64,000 nt of DNA from Candidatus Nitricoxidireducens bremensis (GTDB lineage: Bacteria > Pseudomonadota > Gammaproteobacteria > Burkholderiales > Rhodocyclaceae), in NCBI GenBank assembly GCA_030247725.1, contig JAOTRT010000005.1:161233-225232 (forward strand), given 5' to 3'. Positions 46,923-56,398 of the stretch are shown in pieces. The position numbers were made by a program, and so were the translations under genes. Below the pieces are notes generated by a model that saw only the letters and a program-made list of their open reading frames with translations, had not been told where the DNA came from and did not search any database. Position 1 is the first letter of the stretch, and each line of letters begins with the position of its first letter.

Positions 46923-48629
46923 ATGAACTCCCCCCATCCCCACCGCCGCCCCATCGGCCAGATCCTGCTGGCCCAGGGCATCATCAGCGAGGACCAGTTG
47001 CGCATCGCCCTGCTGGAGCAGGCGAAGTCCAGTCAGCCGGTGGGGCGCCTGCTGGTGACCCTGGGCTTCGTCTCCGAAGCGACCCTGCGCGACGCCCTCG
47101 GCGAGTCCATCGGCCAGAAGTCCGTGGACCTGGCCAACGCCATCGTGGACCCCGCCGCCCTGAAACTGGTGCCACGCAATCTGGCCAAGCGCCACCATCT
47201 GCTGCCGCTCGACTACCGGCCCGACCGCCGCAGCCTCACGGTCGCCATCGCCGACCCCAACGACATCGTCGCCCTCGACCGGCTGCGCGCCCTGGTGACC
47301 GGCGAACTGCTGATCGATCCCCTGCTGGCCGGCGAATCGGAGATCGCCCGCGCCATCGACCAGTACTACGGCCACGAACTCTCCATCGACGGCATCCTCC
47401 ACGAGATCGAGACCGGCGAGATCGACTACCGCTCCCTCGCCGCCAACATGGACGAGTACAGCCAGCCGGTGGTACGGCTGGTCGCGGCCCTGCTCACCGA
47501 CGCCGTCAAGCGCGAGGCCTCGGACATCCACTTCGAGCCGGAAGCCGGCTTCCTGCGCATCCGCTACCGCATCGACGGCACCCTGCGGCAGATCCGCGCC
47601 CTGCACAAATCCTACTGGGCCGCCATGGCGGTGCGCATCAAGGTGATGAGCGGCATGAACATCGCCGAGACGCGGGCCCCCCAGGACGGCCGCATCTCGC
47701 TGAACATCAGCGGCCGTGCCGTGGACTTCCGCGTCGCCGCCCAGCCGACCATCCACGGCGAGAACATCGTCCTGCGCATCCTTGACCGCCATAAGGGCAT
47801 CGTGCCCCTGGACCGGCTGGGCCTCGACGGCGACCAGCTCGACCTGCTCAAGCTGATGATCGCCCGCCCCGAGGGCATCCTCCTCGTCACCGGCCCCACC
47901 GGCAGCGGCAAGACCACCACCCTCTATTCGGTGCTGAACCATGCCAGCCACGAGGGCGTGAACATCATGACGCTGGAGGACCCGGTCGAGTACCCAATGG
48001 CCATGATCCGCCAGACCTCGGTAGCCGAAGCCGCCAAGCTGGACTTCGCCAACGGCATCCGCTCCATGATGCGGCAGGACCCGGACGTGATCCTGGTGGG
48101 CGAAATCCGCGACGCCGAGACCGCCGAAATGGCCTTCCGCGCCGCCATGACCGGCCACCAGGTGTATTCGACGCTGCACACCAACTCGGCCCTCGGCGCC
48201 ATCCCGCGCCTGCTCGACATCGGCGTGCTGCCGGACATCATGGCCGGCAACATCATCGGCATCATCGCCCAGCGCCTGGTGCGCCGCCTCTGCTCCCACT
48301 GCCGCAGCCCCTATGCCGCCGAAACCCGCGAGCAGAAGCTCCTCGGCCTGGCAGGCCCGGGGCCGGTGCCCATCCTCTATCGCGCCGCCGGCTGCGAGCA
48401 CTGCGAATTCCAGGGCTACCGCGGCCGTCTGGCGATCATGGAACTGCTGCGCCTGGACGGCGACCTGGACGAACTCATCGCCCGCCGCGCCACCCCCCGC
48501 GAGCTGCAAACCCTGGCCATTGCCAAGGGCCTGCGCACCCTGGCCGCCGACGGCCTGCGGCGCGTCCTCGACGGCTCCACCTCGATCGAAGAGGTAGGCC
48601 GCGTCATCGACCTCACCCGCCGGATGTAG
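46923..48629 (+). CDS. mshE: type IV pilus extension ATPase (MshE/GspE family) with tandem MshEN-like N-terminal motifs
   Basis: Walker A GPTGSGKTTT, Asp box MTLEDPVEY, Walker B ILVGEIRD, and a tetracysteine CSHC...CEHC. Confidence 0.9.
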   Translation: MNSPHPHRRPIGQILLAQGIISEDQLRIALLEQAKSSQPVGRLLVTLGFVSEATLRDALGESIGQKSVDLANAIVDPAALKLVPRNLAKRHHLLPLDYRPDRRSLTVAIADPNDIVALDRLRALVTGELLIDPLLAGESEIARAIDQYYGHELSIDGILHEIETGEIDYRSLAANMDEYSQPVVRLVAALLTDAVKREASDIHFEPEAGFLRIRYRIDGTLRQIRALHKSYWAAMAVRIKVMSGMNIAETRAPQDGRISLNISGRAVDFRVAAQPTIHGENIVLRILDRHKGIVPLDRLGLDGDQLDLLKLMIARPEGILLVTGPTGSGKTTTLYSVLNHASHEGVNIMTLEDPVEYPMAMIRQTSVAEAAKLDFANGIRSMMRQDPDVILVGEIRDAETAEMAFRAAMTGHQVYSTLHTNSALGAIPRLLDIGVLPDIMAGNIIGIIAQRLVRRLCSHCRSPYAAETREQKLLGLAGPGPVPILYRAAGCEHCEFQGYRGRLAIMELLRLDGDLDELIARRATPRELQTLAIAKGLRTLAADGLRRVLDGSTSIEEVGRVIDLTRRM

Positions 48630-48635
48630 GCTGCC

Positions 48636-49835
48636 GTGGCGCGCTATGCCTACAAGGCCATGAACCCCGCCGGCCGCCTGGTGCGGGGCCGCATGGACGC
48701 CGGCAACCTGGCGGACCTGGAAGTGCGCCTGAAGCGCATGGGCCTGGACTTCATCGACGGCAGGACAGTCGGGCGGCTCGCCCTCTTCGGCCACCGCATC
48801 CCGCGCCGCGAACTCATCAACTTCTGCTTCCACCTGGAACAGCTCGCCCGCGCCGGCGTGCCCGTCGTCGAAGGCCTGGCGGACCTGCGCGACAGCGTCG
48901 GCCACCCCCGCCTGCGCGAGGTGATCGCCGGCATGGTCGAAAGTATCGCGGGCGGCAAGACCCTGTCCCAGGCCATGGAAGGGAATCCGGACGTGTTCGA
49001 CGCCGTCGTCGTCCACCTGATCCGGGCCGGCGAGGACACCGGCCGCCTGCCCGAGGTGCTCGGCACCCTCGTCGAATCCCTCAAGTGGCAGGACGAACTG
49101 GCCGCCCACACGCGGAAACTTCTCATGTATCCGGCCTTCCTCGCCGCCGTCATGGCCGCGGTAGTGTTCTTCATGATGATCTACCTGGTGCCGAAGATGG
49201 TCGGCTTCATGAAGAACATGGGCCAGGCCTTGCCCCTGCATACCGAGGTCCTCATCGCGGTATCGAACTTCTTCGTGAACCATTGGTACGCGGTGGTGCT
49301 CGTACCGCTCGCCGCCGTCGCCGCCCTCAAGGCGGCGCTCCACCTCAACCCGCGGGCGCGCTACCGTTTCGACGGCCTCAAGCTCGCCATCCCCCTGGGC
49401 GGCGAAATCCTGCGCAAGATCATCCTCTCCCGCTTCGCCGGCACCTTCGCCATGATGTACGGCGCCGGCATCTCCGTCCTCGACTCCATCAAGGCCACCG
49501 AGAACGTGGTCGGCAACGCCGTCATCAAGGAAGGCCTGGCACGGGTCGGTCGATCCATCGCCGATGGCGAGAACATGACCCGCGCCTTCCAGCACGCGGG
49601 CATCTTCCCGCCCCTGGTGATCCGCATGCTGCGCGTCGGCGAGAACACCGGCGCCCTCGACACCGCCCTCATCAACGTCGGCTACTTCTACCACCGCGAC
49701 GTGCGCGAATCGGTGGAGCGCGTACAGACCATGATCGAACCGGCCATGACGGTCCTGATCGGCGCCGTCATGGGCTGGATCATGCTCTCCGTGCTCGGCC
49801 CGATCTACGACCTCATCGCCCGTTTGAAGATATAG
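48636..49835 (+). CDS. mshG: type IV pilus platform protein (GspF/MshG family)
   Basis: 399-aa ORF with a GTG start. Two GspF repeats (LARAGVPV..., FPPLVIRMLRVGENTGALD) and three TM helices. Confidence 0.9.
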   Translation: MARYAYKAMNPAGRLVRGRMDAGNLADLEVRLKRMGLDFIDGRTVGRLALFGHRIPRRELINFCFHLEQLARAGVPVVEGLADLRDSVGHPRLREVIAGMVESIAGGKTLSQAMEGNPDVFDAVVVHLIRAGEDTGRLPEVLGTLVESLKWQDELAAHTRKLLMYPAFLAAVMAAVVFFMMIYLVPKMVGFMKNMGQALPLHTEVLIAVSNFFVNHWYAVVLVPLAAVAALKAALHLNPRARYRFDGLKLAIPLGGEILRKIILSRFAGTFAMMYGAGISVLDSIKATENVVGNAVIKEGLARVGRSIADGENMTRAFQHAGIFPPLVIRMLRVGENTGALDTALINVGYFYHRDVRESVERVQTMIEPAMTVLIGAVMGWIMLSVLGPIYDLIARLKI

Positions 49836-49839
49836 CGCC

Positions 49840-51372
49840 ATGATGGCCCGCCGTGTCCTCTTCCTCGACAGCGAACGCCTGACGGCCTTCCTCTGCCGGA
49901 GAGGCAGCGTCGAACGGGAAGGCACGTTCGCTGCCGATGGGGCAGGTCTCGCCGCCTTCGCCGACTACGTCGCCGCCCGGCGCAACAGCCTGTTCCATAT
50001 CCTGGCCGAGGTGGCCGAGGAAGGCTTCGAGCACGAGGACATCCCCTGGGTCAGGGGCCGGGACCGCATCGCCGTCATCAAGCGCAAACTGGCCCAGTAC
50101 GACTACGGCACGCCGCTGGCGGTGGCCCTGTCGGCGGGGCGGCGCAAGACGGGGCGCCGCGACGAGGCCATGCTGTTCGCCGCCCTGACGCAGCCCCGGC
50201 ACTTCGAGCCCTGGCTGGAAATCCTCCGCCAGGGCGAAGCGCCCCTCGTCGGCGTCTTCTCCCTGCCCCAGCTCGCGCCGCTCCTGCTGACCGGGTCCCG
50301 GCCCCCGGCACCTTGCTGTCTGCTCATCACCCTCACCTGCGGCGGCCTGCGCCAGACCTACATCGAGCACGGGCAACTGCGCTTCTCGCGTCTGACGGTG
50401 CCGGCCACCGGTACCGCCGAGGAGACGGCCGCCGCCTGTGCCGCCGAGGCGGCGAAGATCCACCAGTATCTGGCAGGCAAACAACTGCTCGGCCACGACG
50501 GGCCGCTCCCCGTCCACCTCCTCGTCCATCCGGCCCAGGCCGGGGCCTTCCGCCTGCACTGCCGCGACACCCGGGACCTGCGTTTCGACACCCTGGACCT
50601 CCTCGCCGAAGCGGGCCGTCTGGGCCTCCGAACCCACCTGGCCGACAGCTGCAGCGAAGCCCTGTTCGCCCACCTGCTGGTGCACCGGCCGCCTGCCCGC
50701 CAGTTCGCACCGAGCCGGGAGCGGCATTTCCATCGCCTCGGGCAACTGCGCCAGGCCGTCCTCGGCACGGGCCTGGCGATCTGCGCCGGCGGCCTGCTGT
50801 TCGCCGTCCAACAGTCCGTCGCCCGCAACGACCTCGCCGAACGCAGCGAGATTCTCCGCCGGCAAGCCGCTGCGGACGAGCGCCGCTACCAGGCCGTGCT
50901 GCAATCCCTGCCGCCGATCCCCGGCACCATCGAGAACCTGCGCGCCCTCGTGAGCCGCTACGAGGAACTGCAAAAGCGCGCCGTGGGGCCGGAGCCCCTC
51001 TACCGCCGGATCGGCATCGCCCTCCAGGATTTCCCGTCCATCGAACTCGACCGCCTCAACTGGACGGTGGTCAATCGCGTCGAAGACGCCTTCGTCGGCG
51101 GCGACCGGGTGACAGCGGTCCCCAGCGCGGATGCCGGCCCCTATGCCGTGGCGGACATCCATGGCCAACTGCCCATGGCAATGGCCGCCGACCACCGGGG
51201 CCAGCTGGAAGCCCTCCACGGCTTCGCCGACCGCCTGCGGGGGTTGCCCGGCATGCAGGTGCGCATCCTCAGCCTGCCCTTCGACGCCGAATCGGGCAAG
51301 GCATTGAAGAGCGGCGGTTCCGCCGCCGCCGATGTCCCGCGCTTCGCCCTGCGCGTGGCGCAGAATCTCTGA
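49840..51372 (+). CDS. fused PilM-like/PilN-like assembly protein (MshI-like)
   Basis: 510-aa ORF. A cytoplasmic N-terminal half, a single TM helix (LGTGLAICAGGLLFAV), a coiled coil and a periplasmic C-terminal domain. Assigned by position after mshG and by architecture only. Confidence 0.5.
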   Translation: MMARRVLFLDSERLTAFLCRRGSVEREGTFAADGAGLAAFADYVAARRNSLFHILAEVAEEGFEHEDIPWVRGRDRIAVIKRKLAQYDYGTPLAVALSAGRRKTGRRDEAMLFAALTQPRHFEPWLEILRQGEAPLVGVFSLPQLAPLLLTGSRPPAPCCLLITLTCGGLRQTYIEHGQLRFSRLTVPATGTAEETAAACAAEAAKIHQYLAGKQLLGHDGPLPVHLLVHPAQAGAFRLHCRDTRDLRFDTLDLLAEAGRLGLRTHLADSCSEALFAHLLVHRPPARQFAPSRERHFHRLGQLRQAVLGTGLAICAGGLLFAVQQSVARNDLAERSEILRRQAAADERRYQAVLQSLPPIPGTIENLRALVSRYEELQKRAVGPEPLYRRIGIALQDFPSIELDRLNWTVVNRVEDAFVGGDRVTAVPSADAGPYAVADIHGQLPMAMAADHRGQLEALHGFADRLRGLPGMQVRILSLPFDAESGKALKSGGSAAADVPRFALRVAQNL

Positions 51373-51379
51373 GGCCGCC

Positions 51380-51985
51380 ATGGGATTCGCCGTCCTGGAT
51401 TTCCACCGCTTGCGCTGGAGCCTGCTGGCAGCCGGGCTGCTTGCGGCCGTCGGTGCCGGTGCCGTCGCCGCGTCCCTGCACATGGAACAGCAGGCGGAGC
51501 AGTCCTTCCGCCAGGCCCGGGCGCAGCAGCAGGACGTCCGCGCACGCCTCGCCCGGATCGGCGACGAGGAGGCCGTGATCCGCCGGCAGATCGGGCGCTA
51601 CCAAGAGATCGTCGCCCGCGGCCACCTGGGCAGGGAGCGTCGCCTCGAATGGATCGAGGCCATCGGCCGGATCGTGGCCCACCGCCGCCTCAGGGACCCG
51701 GACTACGAACTTTCGCCCCAGCACCCTCTGGCGGAAGGCCTGCTGCCCGGCGGCCCCGGCAGCCACGACTTCCTCGCCAGCACCATGAAGCTGCGCCTGG
51801 AACTGCTCCATGAGGAGGACCTGCTCGGCTTCCTCGGCGACCTGGCCGACAAGGTCCCGGCCGTCGTCCAGGTGCGCAGCTGCCACGTGGAACGCCTGCC
51901 GCCGGGCAGCGCCGAGCGCGGCAGCGGCGCCCGGCTGCGGGCCGACTGCGTCATCGACTGGATCACCCTGAGGGAGAGGACGTAA
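51380..51985 (+). CDS. PilO/MshJ-like bitopic assembly protein
   Basis: The ATG at 51380 is 8 nt after the previous stop. A TM helix (LLAAGLLAAVGAGAVAA) is followed by a coiled coil. Assigned by context. Confidence 0.45.
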   Translation: MGFAVLDFHRLRWSLLAAGLLAAVGAGAVAASLHMEQQAEQSFRQARAQQQDVRARLARIGDEEAVIRRQIGRYQEIVARGHLGRERRLEWIEAIGRIVAHRRLRDPDYELSPQHPLAEGLLPGGPGSHDFLASTMKLRLELLHEEDLLGFLGDLADKVPAVVQVRSCHVERLPPGSAERGSGARLRADCVIDWITLRERT

Positions 51986-52431
51986 TGGGCAGGGCTCTCG
52001 TCCTGCTCCTGCTGCTTGCGGCGAGCGCCGCCCCCCGGGCCGCCGAGCCCCTCGGCCGCCTGTTCTTCACGCCCGAGCGGCGCGCCATGCTGGAACGCCA
52101 GCGCCAGGCCGGCATCCTGGAAACCGAGACGCTGGAAGGAACCACCCTGCGCCTGGACGGCGTCGTCGTCCGCTCCGGCGGCCGGCGCACCGTCTGGATC
52201 AACGGCCGTCCCCAGCACGAGAATGAAACCGCCACCGGCGTCGGCGCGGCCGTGGCGCCCGGCCAGCCGGGCCGTGCCCGGATCGTGGCCGGCGACGAAG
52301 CCGCGGCCGACCTGGATGTCGGCGTATCCATCGATCGGACCACCCGCGAACGGGACGACGGCATCGCCGGGGGCCGCATCCAGGTCCATCGCCCGCCGGC
52401 AGACCGCGGCCGGTCCCGCCAGGCGCCATGA
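51985..52431 (+). CDS. small secreted protein (MshK/PilP-like by position)
   Basis: 148-aa ORF with signal peptide LVLLLLLAASAAPRAAEP. Its start overlaps the previous stop and its stop overlaps the next start. Confidence 0.4.
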   Translation: MGRALVLLLLLAASAAPRAAEPLGRLFFTPERRAMLERQRQAGILETETLEGTTLRLDGVVVRSGGRRTVWINGRPQHENETATGVGAAVAPGQPGRARIVAGDEAAADLDVGVSIDRTTRERDDGIAGGRIQVHRPPADRGRSRQAP

Positions 52432-55400
52432 GGTCCGCGGCGCCGCCCCTGCGCCGCCAGCGCGGCTACGCCCTGCTGCTGGCCATCCTCGCCGTGGCGA
52501 TGGGCACCCTGTACGCCGTGGTAAGCCAGCTCGAACACGTCACCCGCCGGTACGCCCGCGGCGAAGGCGGCATGCAGGCCCTCGCCCTGGCCCGGGAAGC
52601 CCTGCTGGGCTATGCCGCCACCTACCGGGACAGCCACGACACGGAAGTCTTCGGTTACCTGCCCTGCCCCGACCTGAGCGGCGACGGCAACGCCGCGGCG
52701 GCCTGCGGCGCCGGCGGCCAGGCCGCCGTCGGCCTGCTGCCCTACAAGTCCCTGGGACTGCCGGACCTGCGGGATGCCGACGGTGTCTGCCTCTGGTATG
52801 CGGTGTCCGGCGCCTACAAGAACAACCCCAAGAACGCCGCAACGCCCCTCAACTGGGACACCCACGGCCAGTTCGGCGTCGTGGATGCCGCCGGCACCGC
52901 CCTCGCCACCCCCGACCAGGGAGACGGCGGCGCCGCGGCCGTCGTCTTCGCCGCCAGCGCCCCCGTGGGCGGCCAGGGACGGGGCAGCACCACGACCGGC
53001 GCCTGCGGCATCGATCCCGCCGCCGTGGCCGACTACCTGGACGGCAACTACGTCTTCGCCACGACCGCCCCCATCCTCCTGACCCAGGGCACCCTGCGCG
53101 ACGCCGCCGGCAACGCGAGCCGCAACGACCGCCTGGCCTGGATCACGCCCAAGGAAATCTTCGACAAGGTGGTACGGCGGGCCGACTTCGCCAATCCCCG
53201 CACCGCCACGCCCCCCGGCCAGATCAACCGGCTGGCGGACCAGATCCGCAGCAAGCTGGAGAAGGCCATGCAGGACGACCTGGCAACCGGCGGCAGCGTC
53301 GCCGCCAGCAGGCCGGCGAACCTGGCCCTCTATCTCCAGCCGGCCGGCCGGCAGGTCGGCGACCTCGGCAACCTGACGCCCCTGGTGGATGCGGGCTACG
53401 ACGACTACTTCGCCCACTGGTCCGAACAATTCCGCCAGGTCGTCTGCTCGCCCCTCGTCGGCCCCTGCCTCGCCATCAACGGCACGCCCTGCCGCGGCGC
53501 CCTCCTGCTCGGCGGGCGCGGCGCCGGCGGCCGTCCGCGCAGCGCGGCCCAAAAGGTTCCGTCCACCGCCAACCTCGACCATTATTTCGAGGCCGGCAGC
53601 GGACGCGACCTCCTCGCCTCGGCGGCCACCAGCTTCAGCGGCAATACCGAGTTCAGCGCCGCCGCCCCCGCCGCCGACGCGGCAAGCTGCCTCTTCCCCG
53701 GCAGCTTCGTTTCCTTCGCCCAAGACAGCGGAAGCTTAGCCGCGGGCACCGTCGGCTCGGCGGGGGGCGGCAATCCCGTCGCCGCCGTCACCCCGGCCAG
53801 CAAGTCCGTCCGGCTGGGCAGTTCGGTCAGCGGCACGGGCACCGCGCGCTCCGGCTGCACCTGGTTCCCGACGCCGCTGCCCATGGGCGAATTGCTGCGG
53901 GTGTACTTCCGCTACCAGGTGGTGGCCCGGGGCCGCGGCTTCGCCCTCGTCCTCGCCGACGCCGGCACCAACGACCCCGCCGACACGGCCCCGGTCATGT
54001 GCGGCGCCACCGGCAACACCAGCCTCGGCTACGCCGGCGCGCCGCCCACCGGGCAGGCAAGCTTCGGCGGCAGCAGCGCCGCCATCGCGACCGTCGGCTG
54101 GTCGGCCGACGCCGGGGGCCTCGCCACCGTCACCACGGTCGCCGCCCACGGCTTCGTCACCGGCAACAACGTCGCCATCGGCGGCGTGCTGCCGGCCGGC
54201 TACAACGGCACCCATGCCGTCACGCGCCTCAACGCCACCCAGTTCCGCTACGCCCTGGCGAACGATCCGGGACCGCCGCCGGCCGGCATACGGCCACCCA
54301 AGCTGGCCGTCGAGTTCGACACCATGAGCAACGGAGCGCTCCTCGACCCCGGCGGCAACCACTTCGCCTTCGTCTACTGGGGAGGTGCCGACGACAGCGT
54401 TCCGGCCGGCAGCGGCGGCGACGACAACACCCACTACGGCGGCATCCTCGGCAGCGGTGCGGAACCCCTCAATCCGCGGGAGACCGGCAGCGCGACGCCG
54501 ACGGCGACGCCAATCGCCGACGTGACGGCCGCCGCCTGGTCCGGCGGCGTCGTGACAGCCACCACCGCCGGACCCCACGGTTTTGTCGTCGGGCACAACG
54601 TCCGTCTCGCCGGCTTGACCGCCACCGCCTACCGGGGCACCCACACGGTCACCGCCGTGCCCGACGCCACCCATTTCAGCTACACCCTGGCGGACAACCC
54701 CGGCGTCTACAGCCACGGCACCCACGCCGGCCGCACGGCAACGGTGGCGAACGTATCCGCCGGCCTGATCACCGCCGTCCAGGCCCATGGCTTCGCCGTC
54801 GGCGACACCCTGAACCTTTCCGGCTTCGGCACCGCCGTCGGCTGCAACGGCAGCTACCGCGTGGCGACCGTACCGGGCAGCACGCAGCTCACCCTGACCG
54901 CCTACTCGCCCACCTGCGGGACGGGCTTCGCCACCCTCACCCACCCCGTCGCCGCCGCCACCTGGGCGAACGGCATCGCCACCGTCACGACCACGGCCGC
55001 CCACAACCTCGCCACCGGGCAATACGTGAGCCTGTCCGACCTCCACCCCGGCGGCTACAACGGCAGCCACGCCGTCACGGTCATCAACGCCACCCGCTTC
55101 AGCATCGCGCTCGCCACGGACCCCGGCGGCAGCCATGGCGCCGGCGCAACACCGGGCATCGCCACCGTCGCCAGCCTGAGCCCCACCCATCTCTCCTCGG
55201 GACCCAACGTGCCGCTGACGACGGTGGCCGCCCCCTACAACAGCGACACGCCCCAGAACGGCGTCATCCACGTGCGCCTGGACATCGCCCGGCGCCACAG
55301 CGCCGGGGAGCGCCGGGCCACCCTGAGGATGAGGGCCTACGTGGCCGACAGCTTCGGCAACTACGATGCCGCCAACACCCTCTACAACACCTGCACGGTG

Positions 55401-55601
55401 GCCGAATTCAAGGACCTGAGCCGGGAACTGACAGATTTGTGCACCCAGGGGGCCGCCCTCAGCCAGGACGGCATCGTCGTCGGCGACGTGGGCGATCCCG
55501 CCCTGGCGAAGGTCTACCTGGGCTTCACCACCGCCCGCGGCACCGCCGCAGGCGACGACCAGAACATCGTCGTTTCCAATCTGCTGACACGCGCCCAATG
55601 A
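52428..55601 (+). CDS. giant GspK/PilX-like pseudopilin with split L-type-lectin-like domain and four ~60-aa repeats (MshQ-like adhesin candidate)
   Basis: 1057-aa ORF. Prepilin-like N-terminus RRQRG/YALLLAILAVAMGTLYAV lacking Glu5. Lectin_legB-like strands GRGFALVLADAG, KLAVEFDTMSNGALLDPGGNHFAF and KVYLGFTTARG. Repeats are built around HGF..G..V...G.....YNG.H.V. Confidence 0.6.
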   Translation: MRSAAPPLRRQRGYALLLAILAVAMGTLYAVVSQLEHVTRRYARGEGGMQALALAREALLGYAATYRDSHDTEVFGYLPCPDLSGDGNAAAACGAGGQAAVGLLPYKSLGLPDLRDADGVCLWYAVSGAYKNNPKNAATPLNWDTHGQFGVVDAAGTALATPDQGDGGAAAVVFAASAPVGGQGRGSTTTGACGIDPAAVADYLDGNYVFATTAPILLTQGTLRDAAGNASRNDRLAWITPKEIFDKVVRRADFANPRTATPPGQINRLADQIRSKLEKAMQDDLATGGSVAASRPANLALYLQPAGRQVGDLGNLTPLVDAGYDDYFAHWSEQFRQVVCSPLVGPCLAINGTPCRGALLLGGRGAGGRPRSAAQKVPSTANLDHYFEAGSGRDLLASAATSFSGNTEFSAAAPAADAASCLFPGSFVSFAQDSGSLAAGTVGSAGGGNPVAAVTPASKSVRLGSSVSGTGTARSGCTWFPTPLPMGELLRVYFRYQVVARGRGFALVLADAGTNDPADTAPVMCGATGNTSLGYAGAPPTGQASFGGSSAAIATVGWSADAGGLATVTTVAAHGFVTGNNVAIGGVLPAGYNGTHAVTRLNATQFRYALANDPGPPPAGIRPPKLAVEFDTMSNGALLDPGGNHFAFVYWGGADDSVPAGSGGDDNTHYGGILGSGAEPLNPRETGSATPTATPIADVTAAAWSGGVVTATTAGPHGFVVGHNVRLAGLTATAYRGTHTVTAVPDATHFSYTLADNPGVYSHGTHAGRTATVANVSAGLITAVQAHGFAVGDTLNLSGFGTAVGCNGSYRVATVPGSTQLTLTAYSPTCGTGFATLTHPVAAATWANGIATVTTTAAHNLATGQYVSLSDLHPGGYNGSHAVTVINATRFSIALATDPGGSHGAGATPGIATVASLSPTHLSSGPNVPLTTVAAPYNSDTPQNGVIHVRLDIARRHSAGERRATLRMRAYVADSFGNYDAANTLYNTCTVAEFKDLSRELTDLCTQGAALSQDGIVVGDVGDPALAKVYLGFTTARGTAAGDDQNIVVSNLLTRAQ

Positions 55602-56398
55602 CCTCCCGCGGCTTCACCCTCACCGAACTGGCGGTCGTCATGGCCATCGTGGCCCTGCTCCTGGGCGGACTCCTGGTGCCCCTGACGGCCCAGATGGACC
55701 TGCGCAACCGCCAGGAGACGGAGCGGGCCCTCGCCGCCATCCGGGAGGCACTGATCGGCTTTGCCGCCATCCACGGCCGGCTGCCCTGCCCGGCGCCGGC
55801 CGCCCTGGCCACCGGCAGCCTCGGCGCCGGCATCGAGGCGACGACGGCGGCCAGCGGCACCACCGCCACGGTCGGCCCCTGCGGCTGCACCGCCGCCGCC
55901 AGCGGTGTGCCGAGCGCCGGCGGCGTCGCCTGCGACGAGGCGAACCCCACCGCCGGCCTTTCAGGCGTACTGCCCTGGGCGACCCTGGGCCTGCCGGAAG
56001 CCGACGCCTGGGGCAACCGCTACAGCTATCGCGTCACCACGCGCTTCGCCCGCGTCGCCTCGGGCCAGACCGCCTTCGGCTGCACGCCGAGCGCCAATCC
56101 CGTGGCGGCGGCCTTCGCCCTCTGCTCGGGCGGCGACATCCTGGTGCTGTCGGCCGCCGCAGGCGGTTCCCCGCTCGCCAGCGGCCTGCCGGCCCTCGTC
56201 CTCTCCCACGGCAGAAACGGCCACGGCGCCTACAACGCCGCCGGTGCGCAGCAGGCGATGCCGACGAACGGGGACGAGGCCGCGAACGCCGACGGCGACG
56301 GCAGCTTCGTCGGCAATCCAGCCACGGACGACCAGCTGGTCTGGATTCCTCCCGGCGTGCTGATGAACCGCATGCTGGCGGCGGGACGGCTGCCCTGA
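55598..56398 (+). CDS. type IV minor pilin-like protein (266 aa)
   Basis: The ATG at 55598 overlaps the previous stop (ATGA). Class III signal MTSRG/FTLTELAVVMAIVALLLGG. It is the last 266 codons of the spurious long ORF 52016..56398. Confidence 0.8.
   Translation: MTSRGFTLTELAVVMAIVALLLGGLLVPLTAQMDLRNRQETERALAAIREALIGFAAIHGRLPCPAPAALATGSLGAGIEATTAASGTTATVGPCGCTAAASGVPSAGGVACDEANPTAGLSGVLPWATLGLPEADAWGNRYSYRVTTRFARVASGQTAFGCTPSANPVAAAFALCSGGDILVLSAAAGGSPLASGLPALVLSHGRNGHGAYNAAGAQQAMPTNGDEAANADGDGSFVGNPATDDQLVWIPPGVLMNRMLAAGRLP

Noticed and set aside
46767-49925. 1052-aa minus-strand ORF opposite mshE/mshG
   Set aside because: Same reasoning. The plus strand encodes unmistakable GspE and GspF family proteins, and the antisense translation is compositionally biased and motif-free.
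53736-55598. 620-aa minus-strand ORF, and similar long antisense ORFs (e.g. 15750..17231 N-terminal extension, 20275..22002 N-terminal extension, 22074..23708, 57176..58855)
   Set aside because: These are shadow ORFs or N-terminal over-extensions in GC-rich sequence. In each case a shorter, motif-supported gene with a plausible Shine-Dalgarno or start-stop overlap explains the region.
52016-56398. 1460-aa plus-strand ORF overlapping the giant pseudopilin gene in another frame
   Set aside because: Only its last 266 codons (from the ATG at 55598, with class III signal peptide MTSRGFTLTE) look like a real protein. The upstream 1190 codons are Arg/Pro/Gly-rich and overlap the well-supported frame of 52428..55601.
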